Part shown: piece by piece, positions 18,498-29,131 of the stretch | How the letters are laid out: each line of letters begins with the position of its first letter | Position numbering within the stretch: the first letter of the stretch is position 1 | NCBI GenBank assembly: GCA_964587835.1 | Contig: CAZPMN010000001.1 | Location: 88,968 to 152,967 of the forward strand | Direction: 5' to 3' | Origin: an uncultured bacterium | GTDB lineage: Bacteria > Auribacterota > Erginobacteria > Erginobacterales > Erginobacteraceae | Length of the DNA: 64,000 nt | Translations under genes and position numbers: made by a program | The notes under the pieces: generated by a model | Database searches by the model: none | Seen by the model: the letters and a program-made list of their open reading frames with translations, nothing else | What the model was told of the DNA's origin: nothing

Positions 18498-19846
18498 AAG
18501 TACTGCTGATTACCTTACTGTTCGGCTTCCTCGCCGTGTATATCGCCCGGACGTTGGACCGGCTCCAATTCGCGCCCCGCCGGCTGCAGGCCTTCATAGC
18601 GATCGCCCTGGTCTCCACTTTGTCGTTCCTGATGCTGAACTGGCCCCAGGTGGCGTTATACCTGGTAATCGCCAGTGTCAGTTTTTATGACCCCCGTTAC
18701 TGGTGGGCTTTTCTCCGACTCTGGCTGCACCAGTGGATCATCCTCTTCTCCATCTTCCTGTTTATCGGGCTCAGGCTTTATCATCGGCAGAAATTTGCCC
18801 TGCATACCCTGGATATCTGGTTGGGGGGCATATTTTTGACTTTCATAATCTCCTGGGTCAATTCGCCCCATCTGGGAATGAGCGTAAAGTGGACGATTTA
18901 CTTTCTCATTCTGGTGGGAGGATATTTCCTGACCCGACTCTCGATCAGCAAACCGGACCAACTAATTAATGTCATCTGGTTTCTAGTCCTCTGCGGAGCC
19001 GGTACCGGGGTGATTTCATTTTTCCGGCCGACGGTCGGCCCCCGGGTCGGTTCCCTGGTGCTCACTAATCCCAACGCCCTGGGTAATTTCCTGACGGTAA
19101 TCCTTCCCCTTCCCCTGGCCCTGCTCTTTTACGGACGGCTCTCCCACGTGAAGAGGATTCTGGCAATCCTGGCTGTCATTCCGCTGGTCTCCTCGATTAT
19201 TCTTACCCTTTCCCGAAGTTCCTGGGCCGGTTGCGGGGTGGGATTGTTGGCCCTGGGATTAGCCCGGCCCCGGTTCAAGTATTTCGCCTTGGTGATAGCG
19301 GGCCTGGTGGTTGTCCTGATGATCCCGGCGGTGAAAAATCGCCTGGTCGGGGATAAAGACGATCCCGGCGTTTCCTACCGCCGGATCAAGATCATGATCG
19401 CCTACGAGATGTTCAGGGCCAATCCAGTACTGGGCCAGGGGCCCGGAGCCTTTCAGGCCCTGGCCCCGGGGCAGGATGAGTGGCAGGTGGTAGCTCACTC
19501 GGCCCTGGAGAATCTCTATATGCGTATTTTGGCCGAGGGGGGGATGCTTCAGGCCGCGGTGTTCACCGGACTGGTGATCTATTTTTCGTTTTTGGGCTGG
19601 ACAACCGGCAAGAGATTACCTCCGGGGCCTTCCCAGGCCGCGGTTCTGGGGAGTCTGGCCGCTTTCTGGGCCGCCCTGGGTATCGGGATCGGGGAAGATA
19701 TCCTCCTCTTCCCGATGACCAACTGGCTGCTCGGTCTCTATATGGCGGTTATCGTCATCATCCGGGAAAATATCGGGCAGGTATCGTTGGAAGGCCGGCG
19801 GTCGATCGAGCCGCTCAGGGAACGCGAGGCGGAGGAAAAAACGTGA
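18494..19846 (+). CDS. O-antigen polymerase/ligase (Wzy_C family) membrane protein
   Basis: Multi-TM protein. Signature ILTLSRSSWAGCGVGLLALG. 4-nt overlap with the upstream gene. Confidence 0.7.
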   Translation: MKVLLITLLFGFLAVYIARTLDRLQFAPRRLQAFIAIALVSTLSFLMLNWPQVALYLVIASVSFYDPRYWWAFLRLWLHQWIILFSIFLFIGLRLYHRQKFALHTLDIWLGGIFLTFIISWVNSPHLGMSVKWTIYFLILVGGYFLTRLSISKPDQLINVIWFLVLCGAGTGVISFFRPTVGPRVGSLVLTNPNALGNFLTVILPLPLALLFYGRLSHVKRILAILAVIPLVSSIILTLSRSSWAGCGVGLLALGLARPRFKYFALVIAGLVVVLMIPAVKNRLVGDKDDPGVSYRRIKIMIAYEMFRANPVLGQGPGAFQALAPGQDEWQVVAHSALENLYMRILAEGGMLQAAVFTGLVIYFSFLGWTTGKRLPPGPSQAAVLGSLAAFWAALGIGIGEDILLFPMTNWLLGLYMAVIVIIRENIGQVSLEGRRSIEPLREREAEEKT

Positions 19847-21150
19847 AGACCGGGAATCGTCCGATCCTGCGAAAATTCGCTTCCGATTTCTCGTTTTCCC
19901 TGTTCCTGAAGGTAATCTCCATGGGACTGGGGTTGCTGGTCACCCGTCTGCTGGCCCGCCGCCTGGGAGTGGACGGTTTCGGTACCTATTCGGTTGTCTG
20001 TGCGTTGATTATGCTCTTCCAGGTATTTGTCCAATTCAACGTCCGGGGCATAGTAGTGCGGGAGGTGCAAACCGGGCGTCTCTCCCTGCAGGAGGCGGCG
20101 GAGACCCTGCTCTACCTGATGTGCTTCACCGTCCCGATCTCCTATCTGGCCCTGCTGGGAGCCGGATATCTGTTCCAGCCCGGCCTGATCAGCCTGGTGG
20201 CGATTGGGGGGCTCGGTTACTTCCTTCAGGGCTACCGTTCCCTGAACGCGATCCTTCACGCCCGGGGGAGGATTAAGACCGAGTCGTTTATCGGTGCCCT
20301 GGTCGTGCTCTTCAACTGCCTACTGCTCTATTTATTCCTGCCCCCCGGCGGCTCGATCTCCCTGGTTTTGTTCTGCAGCCTGGGGGCGGTCGCGCTGGCC
20401 CTGGTTTACCAGAGTTACACTTTGTCCCGGGAAGTTAAGATCCGGGTGAAGAAACACCCTGCCGCCGCCGGAACACTGGTCGGGCAGAGCTGGCCGTTGG
20501 TGTTCTCGGCCTTGGTTCAGTTGATTCACAGCCGGGCCGATCTCTTTATGCTGGACAAGTTATCCCTAATCGTTCGTCTGGCTGATCACCTGCCCTTTTT
20601 TCCACCGGTCGATCTCCTGGAGAGGTTCGACTCGGCCTATCAGGTCGGCATCTATGCCGGCGCCTATCGTTTCTTCGAGATGCCGATATTCATTCCGACC
20701 TATATCCTGGCCACCGGTTATCCTATCCTCTCCGGCCTGGTGGTTCCTTCGGAGTTCAAGTCCTTCCTGAAGAAGCTGCTTTTGCTATTGGCCGGGGCGG
20801 CGGTTGCAGTGATGATTGTTCTGTTCGTTGCCGCCCGCCCCCTGGTCTATACGATCCTTGACCGCGATTTTGCCGAGAGCATCGGCATCTTGCGGATATT
20901 CATCTGGGGGATGCCGGCAATGATGATCCGGCCGCTATTCCGTCAGGTGATGATAATCCGCCGCGCCCAGAAACACTTTGTCTGGATCCTTCTCAGCGGT
21001 CTCGGGGTTAACCTGGTTCTCAATGTATACCTGATTCCTCTCCGGGGAGCATTCGGCGCGGCCCTAGCCACCGTAATCTCGGAGACCTTGACGGCTGTCT
21101 TCGTGATCGCCCTGGCGCTCCGCGAACTGGTTGGGTGGAAGGAAGGGTAA
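19843..21150 (+). CDS. Wzx-like polysaccharide flippase (MOP superfamily, polysaccharide biosynthesis protein)
   Basis: ORF track gives 19480..21150, but its 5' part overlaps the previous gene in another frame. An in-frame GTG at 19843 overlaps the upstream stop (GTGA). The protein begins VKTGNRPILRKFASDFSFSLFLKVISMGLGLLVTRLLARRLGVDGFGTYSVV..., a typical Wzx N-terminus, and is multi-TM. Confidence 0.7.
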   Translation: MKTGNRPILRKFASDFSFSLFLKVISMGLGLLVTRLLARRLGVDGFGTYSVVCALIMLFQVFVQFNVRGIVVREVQTGRLSLQEAAETLLYLMCFTVPISYLALLGAGYLFQPGLISLVAIGGLGYFLQGYRSLNAILHARGRIKTESFIGALVVLFNCLLLYLFLPPGGSISLVLFCSLGAVALALVYQSYTLSREVKIRVKKHPAAAGTLVGQSWPLVFSALVQLIHSRADLFMLDKLSLIVRLADHLPFFPPVDLLERFDSAYQVGIYAGAYRFFEMPIFIPTYILATGYPILSGLVVPSEFKSFLKKLLLLLAGAAVAVMIVLFVAARPLVYTILDRDFAESIGILRIFIWGMPAMMIRPLFRQVMIIRRAQKHFVWILLSGLGVNLVLNVYLIPLRGAFGAALATVISETLTAVFVIALALRELVGWKEG

Positions 21151-21178
21151 GGATCGGCTTGGGGGAGATACCGCGGGT

Positions 21179-21952
21179 TTAACGGCCGAGGAGTTTCTTG
21201 GCCAGCCCGACCAGCAGCCGGTAGGTCTGCAGCCGGAATTTTCCCAGCCGGGTGGTGGGATGGAGGCCGAAACCCACGCCCCAGCCGCCAAAAACTGACC
21301 GCCGGCCGATATGCCGAAAGGGGGCGTCGTGCATCTGGGCGGTACGCCATCCCCGTTGATGAAAGATTCTCTGAGCGTAGTTCTCCGCCTGGTCACGGAG
21401 CGGCCCGGCCTCGATGGGAACGATATCCTCGAGGGCGGCGGGATTGATCAGGGAGGGGACAAAGGCAAAATGCGCCGGTTCCACGGTCAGGCTGAATTGT
21501 TCATCCCCGATCTTCTGCGGGGATTCGAATTCGATCGCCCGGCGGGTGACCAGGTTGATTCTGGAGATGTGATAGACCCCCCAGAAAGGGTAGAGACGCA
21601 GCTGACCGACTTCCGGGTTCCGATCCAGAAACTCCAGGCAGGATTCCAGCCAGCCACCCCGTTCGGCGACCATATCATCCTCCACGTGGAGGACGCGCCG
21701 TCCGGCGAGATCCCGCCAGAGCCTGTTGAGAGCCGGGACCTGGCCGAGGTTTTCGGGGGATAGGAAGAGACGGTCGAAACCGGGACGATACCGGTTGATA
21801 ACGCCGATGGTCGCGGGATCTGCCCCGTTAACGAAGATCCAGGTTCGTAACAGGTCTTCCCGGAATACGTTTCGTTCCAAGGCCGACAGTGTCCGGCGGA
21901 GATAACGGGGCCGGCGGGAGGTCAGAACCGTAATCAGGACTTCAGGATTCAT
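21179..21952 (-). CDS. Glycosyltransferase, GT-A fold (family 2-like)
   Basis: The ATG at 21952 (MNPEVLITVLTSRRPRYLRRTLSALERN...) is preferred over the track start at 22000. Resembles the GT2 N-terminus (VSVIIPTYNR...LRR.L.SL). Confidence 0.55.
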   Translation of the reverse strand: MNPEVLITVLTSRRPRYLRRTLSALERNVFREDLLRTWIFVNGADPATIGVINRYRPGFDRLFLSPENLGQVPALNRLWRDLAGRRVLHVEDDMVAERGGWLESCLEFLDRNPEVGQLRLYPFWGVYHISRINLVTRRAIEFESPQKIGDEQFSLTVEPAHFAFVPSLINPAALEDIVPIEAGPLRDQAENYAQRIFHQRGWRTAQMHDAPFRHIGRRSVFGGWGVGFGLHPTTRLGKFRLQTYRLLVGLAKKLLGR

Positions 21953-23309
21953 TACCGGAGGGTGAACGCCGGTAAAAGATTTCGATCGGGGATTCGGCAT
22001 CCCCCAAACCGAACTCGGCCGGCAGAGGTCGGAGGGGATCTTCTCCGCGTTCCAGGTTGGCCCGGGCCGTCGCTCCCTTGGATTTCTCCCGGTAGAATTC
22101 GGTCCGGCTGTTCTCGTCGTGGTCTAGCGCCCGGCATAATGAAAGATCGAACAGGACCGGGGTCAGACCGGCGGCCCGTAACCTCTTCCTGAAGTCATCA
22201 TCTTCCCCGCCCCAGCCCCGCATAGTTTCGTCGAAACCCCGGACTCCTTCCCAGTCCTTTTTCCAACAAGCGATAATTCCCCCGTAGCCGAGCAGGCCGG
22301 CCCCGGAACCGTAATCCTTTTCCCCGGTGAGTACCATACTGGTGACCAGGAATGTGCCTTTATTCAGACGGCGGCGGACTGAAGAGAGGAACCCCGGTTC
22401 GAGAACGGTATCGGCGTCAATGAATACCAGGATGGATCCGGAAGCAAACCGACCCCCCAGATTCCGGGCGTGACTCTGGTCGAAGAACGGTTTGTTGCGG
22501 ATCTTGACTGCCACAATCCGTTCATCGCCGCGGCCTCGAAGCCAGCCGGCGGTATCCTGGGGGCAGTCGTAATCAACCACCAGGTATTCGAAATTATCAT
22601 CCTCCTGGGCCAGGCAGCCGGATATAGTAGTCTTGAGCTGTTCGAGCCGCCCCTTGCAGGTTGCCACCAGGCTGATCCGGCCGAGGACCTTCCGGCCGGG
22701 ATAGCGGGGGAGGGGGGGGAGGGTTGCCCCCCAGAGATCGGACGGTTGCACGATTGAACAACCGACACCTTCTCCGGCCTCTTTCCGGATTAGGTCGGCC
22801 GTTTTTCTGTTTAGGCAGTAAACCACCCGGGATCGCTGGAGAGCCAGCCGGATCCGGCTGGCTACCCAGGGATCGGGATGGTGCAGGGGAGGGGGTGGGA
22901 AAATCCATCCGACGGCGCCGGCGCCGAGCGCGTGGAGATAGCTCTCCAGAATGGGCAGGGCTTTAGCCGCCGCGGTACTTTCCAGGTCTTCTCCGGTCAA
23001 CAGGATCGCATAATCTCCCGGGGTCCAGATGCAACCCCGGGGATCGATGGTCCCGGAACAAGCGGTTAGATTATTTTGCCGCGTCCGGCGGACACCACGG
23101 GGGGAGGCGATATATTTCAACCGTCCGGGCAAGGAGCGGGAACAGACGTGCCACGTCTCGACCAGGTCCCGATGTTCCATCCGCCCGGGACCGACGAAGA
23201 AGACCATCTTCGGAGAACGGGACCGCTCGGCCGCCTTCCGCCGCGGTAGGCGGCGCAGTTCCAGCCGGAATCGGTTGAGGAATAAATTAACGAGGTCGGC
23301 TATGCCCAT
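21942..23309 (-). CDS. Glycosyltransferase; the C-terminal half is GT2/Glyco_transf_7C-like (DxD motif)
   Basis: YLVVDYDCPQDTAGWL, ILVFIDADTVLEP, GWGGEDDDFRKRL. The N-terminal ~200 aa have no recognisable domain. Confidence 0.6.
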   Translation of the reverse strand: MGIADLVNLFLNRFRLELRRLPRRKAAERSRSPKMVFFVGPGRMEHRDLVETWHVCSRSLPGRLKYIASPRGVRRTRQNNLTACSGTIDPRGCIWTPGDYAILLTGEDLESTAAAKALPILESYLHALGAGAVGWIFPPPPLHHPDPWVASRIRLALQRSRVVYCLNRKTADLIRKEAGEGVGCSIVQPSDLWGATLPPLPRYPGRKVLGRISLVATCKGRLEQLKTTISGCLAQEDDNFEYLVVDYDCPQDTAGWLRGRGDERIVAVKIRNKPFFDQSHARNLGGRFASGSILVFIDADTVLEPGFLSSVRRRLNKGTFLVTSMVLTGEKDYGSGAGLLGYGGIIACWKKDWEGVRGFDETMRGWGGEDDDFRKRLRAAGLTPVLFDLSLCRALDHDENSRTEFYREKSKGATARANLERGEDPLRPLPAEFGLGDAESPIEIFYRRSPSGNES

Positions 23310-24102
23310 AATTATCCTTCTCCAGTAGATAAATCCGATAAATCGAGAGCCGGTTGATCAGGGGAGCTCGGGACCAGAGCCGGTTGAGGAATCGAGAATA
23401 TAGCAGGGAGTCAAACCTCTCCAATCCGGGTATCGTGTAGAGAAGTTTACAGAAATCGTAACCTATACCCCGGCACCGGAGGATCAGGAGACCGTTATCC
23501 TGAAAGGACCTCTCCAGGTGCCGGACTCGGATGAACTTCTGATCGAAATGGGTCAGATCGAAATAGGTGTATTCCCGCAGATGTTCCTCGGTCTCATAAA
23601 CCGCAGTTCGATTCTTCTTGATCAGCAGAAATTTTCTCCAGGAAACCGTGGGCACGCTGAGGATTGCCCTTCCACCCGGTTTGAGAACCCGTCTGATCTC
23701 CCCCAGTACCTCACCGGGATCGGCGACGTGTTCCAGCACCTCGGTCAGCACCAGGCCATCCAGGGACCGTGTCTGAAACGGGAGACATCCGGCGTCGGCT
23801 TGAAGGAAACCGGCGGTCCTTCCGGTTCGGGCGAACTTGCGGCGGGCCCGGTCGCATCTTTTCCAGGCGATATCCACCCCGACCATTTTCCGGTCCGGGC
23901 CGTCGAGAAGAAGACAAATCCTCCCGTCACCGCAGCCGACATCGGCTATCCGCCCGGAGAGATGCTTGCCGTACCTGGCTATTTCGTCCAGGAGAAGAGC
24001 CGGGGAAGGGTTTACATATTGGTACTCATCCATATCCCCCCGCTCGTCGGCGGATCTTTCATAGTATTCCCGCAACCGGGTTTTCAGTGCGCTATAATCC
24101 AC
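23287..24102 (-). CDS. Class I SAM-dependent methyltransferase
   Basis: Motif I IADVGCGDGRICLLL; acidic post-I residue; LKPGGRAILSVP. Confidence 0.75.
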   Translation of the reverse strand: MDYSALKTRLREYYERSADERGDMDEYQYVNPSPALLLDEIARYGKHLSGRIADVGCGDGRICLLLDGPDRKMVGVDIAWKRCDRARRKFARTGRTAGFLQADAGCLPFQTRSLDGLVLTEVLEHVADPGEVLGEIRRVLKPGGRAILSVPTVSWRKFLLIKKNRTAVYETEEHLREYTYFDLTHFDQKFIRVRHLERSFQDNGLLILRCRGIGYDFCKLLYTIPGLERFDSLLYSRFLNRLWSRAPLINRLSIYRIYLLEKDNYGHSRPR

Positions 24103-24234
24103 AGCCGATTATTTCACCTCCGGGAAAATTTGTTTCCCGGCCCGGCAATTTAACCTAGACTGGAGAAGATCCCCCGATCTGCTACCGGCGGGGATTAATG
24201 TCCTCCAGCTCTCTAGAGTTAATGATAACCGGAA

Positions 24235-25458
24235 GTGATGACCAAGTCGAAATTAAATATCCTCTGTCTGTCCTCGGTTCCCTGGGACAATCCGTTTCGC
24301 GGCAACCGCCAGCAGGTTATGCGGGCGCTGGGCGCGAGGCATAATGTTCTATATATCCAGCTGCCGGTCAAACAATCTTTTCGCGATTGTATTTTGAGGA
24401 AAAGTTTGCCCCGTCTCCGGAAGCTGCCCGTTACTTCTGGGGAAAAGGGGATACTCTTGCTTACGCCTGATTACAACCTGCTCCCGTTCCTTCGCTGGCC
24501 CCCGGTCAAAAAAATCCGCGACCGGATCCTGGCCGGGCAGATCAGCAAGACCCTCCGGAGTCTCGGCTGGGAAGAATACCTGGTCTGGACTTACTATTTC
24601 GGCTCGGCCGGGTTGGTCCGGAACCTCTCGCCGGACTTCTGCATCTATGACTGTGTCGATAATCACGCCGGCTACGCTCTCTGCGTGGGCAACCGGCAAG
24701 GGGCCGGGCGGGTGGAATCGGAAGAAGCCGAACTCCTGAGGGAAGCCGACCTGACGGTTGTCGTTTCCTCCGCCAATCTGGCCGCCAAGAGTGCCGTCAG
24801 CCCGCGAGTGGCCCTGGTCCCCAGTGGAGTGGAGTTCTCTCATTTTCATCGGGCGACGGAACCCGCGCTGGAGGTGCCGGAAGAACTGCGGAAGATCAGG
24901 AAGCCGGTGGCCGGCTTCATCGGTTCGATCCGGGACTTCCGGTTCGACGCCGGCCTGGTCGCGGAGGTCGCCGAAGAACTTCCAGAACTCTCTCTCGTCC
25001 TTGTTGGAGACTATCAGTGCGAACGATCTGCCGCAATTGAGCGGCTGGCCGCCTTTCCCAACATCCACCTCCTCGGCCAGCGCCCCTATGCCGAACTGCC
25101 CCGGTACCTGAAATATTTCGATCTGGGAATCACCCCTTACCCGCGCAATCCCCATACCGACTATATCTATCCCCTCAAGTACCTGGAATATCTGGCCGCC
25201 GGCAAGCCGGTAATCACCACCGCCATCGGGGGAGTCAAGGGGGAAGAATTTTCCGGCCTGCTCACGATTGCCGCCGATCGGGAGGAATTCATCGAATCGG
25301 TAAAATACTGGTTGGAGAACGACTCCCCCGAGGAACGGCAAAAACGGACCGCTTTCGCCCGGGAGAGGACCTGGGAAAAGAGGGCCGATACGATTTTGGG
25401 CCTGATACAACGGACGCCAGCAAAGCAAGCCGCCGCTTTAAATGAAAAAGCCGAATAG
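24235..25458 (+). CDS. Glycosyltransferase family 1 (GT-B), paralog of 26625..27812
   Basis: HLLGQRPYAELPRYLKYFDLGITPY...KYLEYLAAGKPVITTA; shares the LPRYLKYFD/GKPV(I/V)TTA motifs with the gene two positions downstream. Confidence 0.7.
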   Translation: MMTKSKLNILCLSSVPWDNPFRGNRQQVMRALGARHNVLYIQLPVKQSFRDCILRKSLPRLRKLPVTSGEKGILLLTPDYNLLPFLRWPPVKKIRDRILAGQISKTLRSLGWEEYLVWTYYFGSAGLVRNLSPDFCIYDCVDNHAGYALCVGNRQGAGRVESEEAELLREADLTVVVSSANLAAKSAVSPRVALVPSGVEFSHFHRATEPALEVPEELRKIRKPVAGFIGSIRDFRFDAGLVAEVAEELPELSLVLVGDYQCERSAAIERLAAFPNIHLLGQRPYAELPRYLKYFDLGITPYPRNPHTDYIYPLKYLEYLAAGKPVITTAIGGVKGEEFSGLLTIAADREEFIESVKYWLENDSPEERQKRTAFARERTWEKRADTILGLIQRTPAKQAAALNEKAE

Positions 25459-26638
25459 AGTCCAGTTCCAATACCTGTATTTCAACCCCCCCCTGGGCGG
25501 CGTGGAGAATTACTTTCTGGCCGGAAGTAAGTACTTTCGGGAGAGGGGGATCAGGGCATCCGTCCTGGCCTCCCAGAATCCCGGGCGGCCCGCCCCGGAG
25601 CGGGAAGAAATCCGGGAACTATCGGTTGTCCGCCATCCTTACTTCTCTCCCTTAGCTCCCCTGATCATTTTCAAGCCCAGTCTATATGCGCGCTGGCTGG
25701 AAAGTTATCTGGCCCGTGAGGGCAAAGAAATAGATTTGTTTATCAGTCGTCATCCCGCGTATGTCCTGGCGACCAGGAGAGCTCTCCCCGGCCGACCGGT
25801 CATCTTTATCCCTCCCGATCTCAGGCGGCGTCGATTGGCCCAACAAGCGGGCGGATCGTGGAAAGAAAGGATCATCTTTGCCATTTTCCGCCCCCAGATC
25901 GTCCGGATCGAAAGGAACGCGCTCCAGGCCGCCGATCGGGTCATAACCCTGAGCGAAAATCTGAAGAGACAGCTGATCGAGGAACATCGGATTCCGGCCC
26001 AGCGGATCGAGGTCCTTCCCCCCGGAGTGGATACCGGGCGTTTCTCCCCCGGCCCGGCCGATCAGGACCTCCTCCGGGAATTTGATCTTAAGGAAGACGA
26101 CCAAATCATTCTCACAATCGGGCGTCTCTCTCCGGAGAAGAATCTGGAGTTCCTGCTCCGGGCGTTTGCCCGGCTTAAGCTGCCGCGCGCCGCGTTGGTG
26201 ATCGTGGGCGATGGTGGTCAGCTCAACCGTCTCGAACGTTTGGCCCGGGAGAGAGGAATATCCGATCGAACCAGATTTGCCGGATTGCGAGAAGACCCGG
26301 AAAGATTTTACCGGATCGCCCGGATCTTTGTGCTTCCTTCCCGGGAAGAGCCGTTCGGCCAGGTTTATCTGGAGGCGATGGCGTCGGGACTCCCCTGCCT
26401 TGGCTTGAGAAACCGGCCGGGCCTGACCCGGGTCGCGACTGAAGAGATCATCACTGACGGACAGGATGGATTCTGGGTGGAACCGGATGCTGAGGATGAT
26501 CTGACGGCCAAGATGGAACTTCTCTTGAACGATGATGACTTAAGAAGACGACTGGGGTCCGCGGCCCGGAGAAGCTGCCTGGCCAGATACAGCTGGCAGT
26601 CCCATTTCGATAATCTCCTCTTGAATGTTTATGAATGA
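25442..26638 (+). CDS. Glycosyltransferase family 4 (GT-B, retaining)
   Basis: SREEPFGQVYLEAMASGLPCLG (EX7E-type motif); LTIGRLSPEKN. Confidence 0.8.
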   Translation: MKKPNRVQFQYLYFNPPLGGVENYFLAGSKYFRERGIRASVLASQNPGRPAPEREEIRELSVVRHPYFSPLAPLIIFKPSLYARWLESYLAREGKEIDLFISRHPAYVLATRRALPGRPVIFIPPDLRRRRLAQQAGGSWKERIIFAIFRPQIVRIERNALQAADRVITLSENLKRQLIEEHRIPAQRIEVLPPGVDTGRFSPGPADQDLLREFDLKEDDQIILTIGRLSPEKNLEFLLRAFARLKLPRAALVIVGDGGQLNRLERLARERGISDRTRFAGLREDPERFYRIARIFVLPSREEPFGQVYLEAMASGLPCLGLRNRPGLTRVATEEIITDGQDGFWVEPDAEDDLTAKMELLLNDDDLRRRLGSAARRSCLARYSWQSHFDNLLLNVYE

Positions 26639-27812
26639 ACTAACCCAAAACAATATCATCTGTTTATCCTCGGTTCCCTGGGATTACCTCAAGATCGCCA
26701 ACCAGCAGACAATGATCCGGCTCGCCCGGGCTAACCGGGTGCTCTTCATCGAGCGGAATATGTCCCTGGCGGCCTGGCTCTGCGACCGGGAGAAGGCCCG
26801 GGGCTGCCGTAAGCTCCGGCAAGCCCGGCTGAGGAGGGAGGGTGAGAATCTTTTTATCTTTACCCCGCCTTTCGCGTTGCCTTGGGCCTCCAAATCGGTC
26901 ACGATCAATCGGATCAATATGTTCCTGACCCGATCCCGCGTCCGCCCGCTCCTGGAAGAGCTGCAGTTCAGTGATCCGATTTACTACTCTTACCTGCCCC
27001 AGGGGCATTTCCTGGTCGGCCACTTGAACGAGAAGCTGGTCTGCTACGAGGTCATCGACGAATACAGTGCCTTCCCTCATATTTCCCCCCGCCTCGCCGC
27101 CGCCCTGGAAAGCAAGATGCTCAAGAAGGCCGACCTGGTCTTCGCCATCTCCCCCAATCTCTATCGAAACCGGATTGACCGAAATCAGGCTACCCATCTG
27201 GTACCGATCGGAGCGGAGACCGAACACTTTGGCCGGAGCCGCCGGTCGGATCTAGAAAAACCTTCAGAGCTGACGGGGTTGCCGGCTCCGATTATCGGCT
27301 ATTTCGGGGGGATCGACGACCGTTTCGACTCCGAACTCTACCGTTACCTGGCCGGGGAGTTCCCGGACTGCTCCTTTATTATTATCGGACCGGAGAAAGG
27401 CGAGAAGATCAGCAAGTCACTGTCGGACTTGACCAATATACATTTTCTTGGTCCCCAGAATTACGAGCAACTCCCCAGGTACCTGAAATATTTCGATGTC
27501 TGTACGCTTCCTTACCGGATCACGCCTTTTATCGAGAACATCTTCCCCAACAAAATCTTTGAATACCTCTCCTCCGGGAAACCGGTGGTTACCACCGCGA
27601 TCCCGGCGATCGAGTACCTGCGGGAATCGGGGGCGATCTGCTGGGCCCGGACCAGAGAAGAATTTCGGGCGGGTATCCGGCGGGGGCTGGAAGAGAGCGA
27701 AAACGATTTACTGGTCCGAAAACGTATCAAGATCGCGGAAAATAACACCTGGGACAAGCGGGTAGAGAAGATTGCTCGATTAATCGCAAATCGCCTGGAG
27801 CAGAAGCAATGA
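26625..27812 (+). CDS. Glycosyltransferase family 1 (GT-B), paralog of 24235..25458
   Basis: HFLGPQNYEQLPRYLKYFDVCTLPY...IFEYLSSGKPVVTTA. Confidence 0.7.
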   Translation: MFMNELTQNNIICLSSVPWDYLKIANQQTMIRLARANRVLFIERNMSLAAWLCDREKARGCRKLRQARLRREGENLFIFTPPFALPWASKSVTINRINMFLTRSRVRPLLEELQFSDPIYYSYLPQGHFLVGHLNEKLVCYEVIDEYSAFPHISPRLAAALESKMLKKADLVFAISPNLYRNRIDRNQATHLVPIGAETEHFGRSRRSDLEKPSELTGLPAPIIGYFGGIDDRFDSELYRYLAGEFPDCSFIIIGPEKGEKISKSLSDLTNIHFLGPQNYEQLPRYLKYFDVCTLPYRITPFIENIFPNKIFEYLSSGKPVVTTAIPAIEYLRESGAICWARTREEFRAGIRRGLEESENDLLVRKRIKIAENNTWDKRVEKIARLIANRLEQKQ

Positions 27813-29131
27813 TGAAGTCGTTCAACCAGCAGAAAACAATTATCCTCGGCGCGGGAATGACCGGCCTGGCGGCCGGGTATCGCTCCGGCTATCCGATATT
27901 CGAGGCCGGAAGTTATCCGGGGGGAATTTGTTCGTCCTACTACATCCGTCCCGGGGATCCCCGACGTCTTCACCATCCGCCCGAAGACGGCGAGGCCTAC
28001 CGTTTCGAGATCGGGGGCGGGCACTGGATCTTCGGCGCCGATCCGGAAATTCTCTCTCTGATCCGGACTCTAACCCCGGTGATAACCTGCCGCCGGAAGG
28101 CGGCGGTATTCTTCGCCCGGCGGAACCGGTTCATTCCCTATCCGATCCAGAATCATCTCCGATACTTCGAGCCGGAAAGGATTGAACAGGTTGTCGGGGA
28201 GATCAAATCGGCCTCCCGGCAAGTCCCCCGGACGATGGAGGAATGGTTGCTGAATAATTTCGGCCCGACCCTGGGGGGACTATTCTTCATTCCCTTCCAC
28301 GAAAAATATACAGCGGGGCTCTACCGGGAGATTGCCCCCCAGGACGCCTATAAGAGCCCGGTGGATATCGAGACCGTGCTTCGGGGTGCTCGAGCCGAGA
28401 CTGCCCCGGTCGGGTACAATACCGAATTCGTCTATCCGGTCGGGGGATTGGACAGGCTGGCCCGGGAACTGGCCGCCGGAGCGCGGATTAACTATCGGAA
28501 GAAAGCGGTCCGGATCGATCCGGCCAGGAAAACCGTTTATTTTGCTGATGGCTCGGAAGAACAATTTCATCGGGTCATCTCCACTCTCCCTCTCAACCGG
28601 GTGATGGAGATGACCGGGCTGGAGGCCCCGGGACGACCCGAACCCTATTCCTCGGTCCTGGAACTCAACATCGGCGCCGAGAAAGGCCCCCGTTGTCCCG
28701 GCCAGCACTGGCTCTATATCCCCGACAGTCTCTCGGGGTTCTTCCGGGTCGGTTTCTACAGTAATGTCGATCCCTCCTTCATTCCCGCCTCCGCCCGGCC
28801 GGCGGAAAACCGGGTGGGAATCTACGTGGAACGGGCCTACCCGGGAGGGGAGAGGCCGGGCGAGAAGGAGCTGACGGATTATAAGAAGGACGTCGAAAGG
28901 GAGTTGCAAGCACTCGGATTCATCGGCGAGGTGGAGGCCAACGACAGCACCTGGATCGATGTCGCCTATACCTGGTCCTGGCCGGACAACCCCTGGAAGG
29001 CGGCGGCCCTGGAGACTCTGGCCGGGCACGGGATCATCCAGGCGGGACGTTACGCCCGCTGGGGGTTCCAGGGGATCGCGGTCTCGATCAAGGAAGGGAT
29101 CCGGGTGGGGGAGGATCCAGGGATTTGCTGA
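27809..29131 (+). CDS. FAD/NAD(P)-binding oxidoreductase (amine-oxidase / protoporphyrinogen-oxidase-like fold)
   Basis: N-terminal Rossmann motif TIILGAGMTGLAAGY...FEAGSYPGGI. Confidence 0.6.
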   Translation: MMKSFNQQKTIILGAGMTGLAAGYRSGYPIFEAGSYPGGICSSYYIRPGDPRRLHHPPEDGEAYRFEIGGGHWIFGADPEILSLIRTLTPVITCRRKAAVFFARRNRFIPYPIQNHLRYFEPERIEQVVGEIKSASRQVPRTMEEWLLNNFGPTLGGLFFIPFHEKYTAGLYREIAPQDAYKSPVDIETVLRGARAETAPVGYNTEFVYPVGGLDRLARELAAGARINYRKKAVRIDPARKTVYFADGSEEQFHRVISTLPLNRVMEMTGLEAPGRPEPYSSVLELNIGAEKGPRCPGQHWLYIPDSLSGFFRVGFYSNVDPSFIPASARPAENRVGIYVERAYPGGERPGEKELTDYKKDVERELQALGFIGEVEANDSTWIDVAYTWSWPDNPWKAAALETLAGHGIIQAGRYARWGFQGIAVSIKEGIRVGEDPGIC

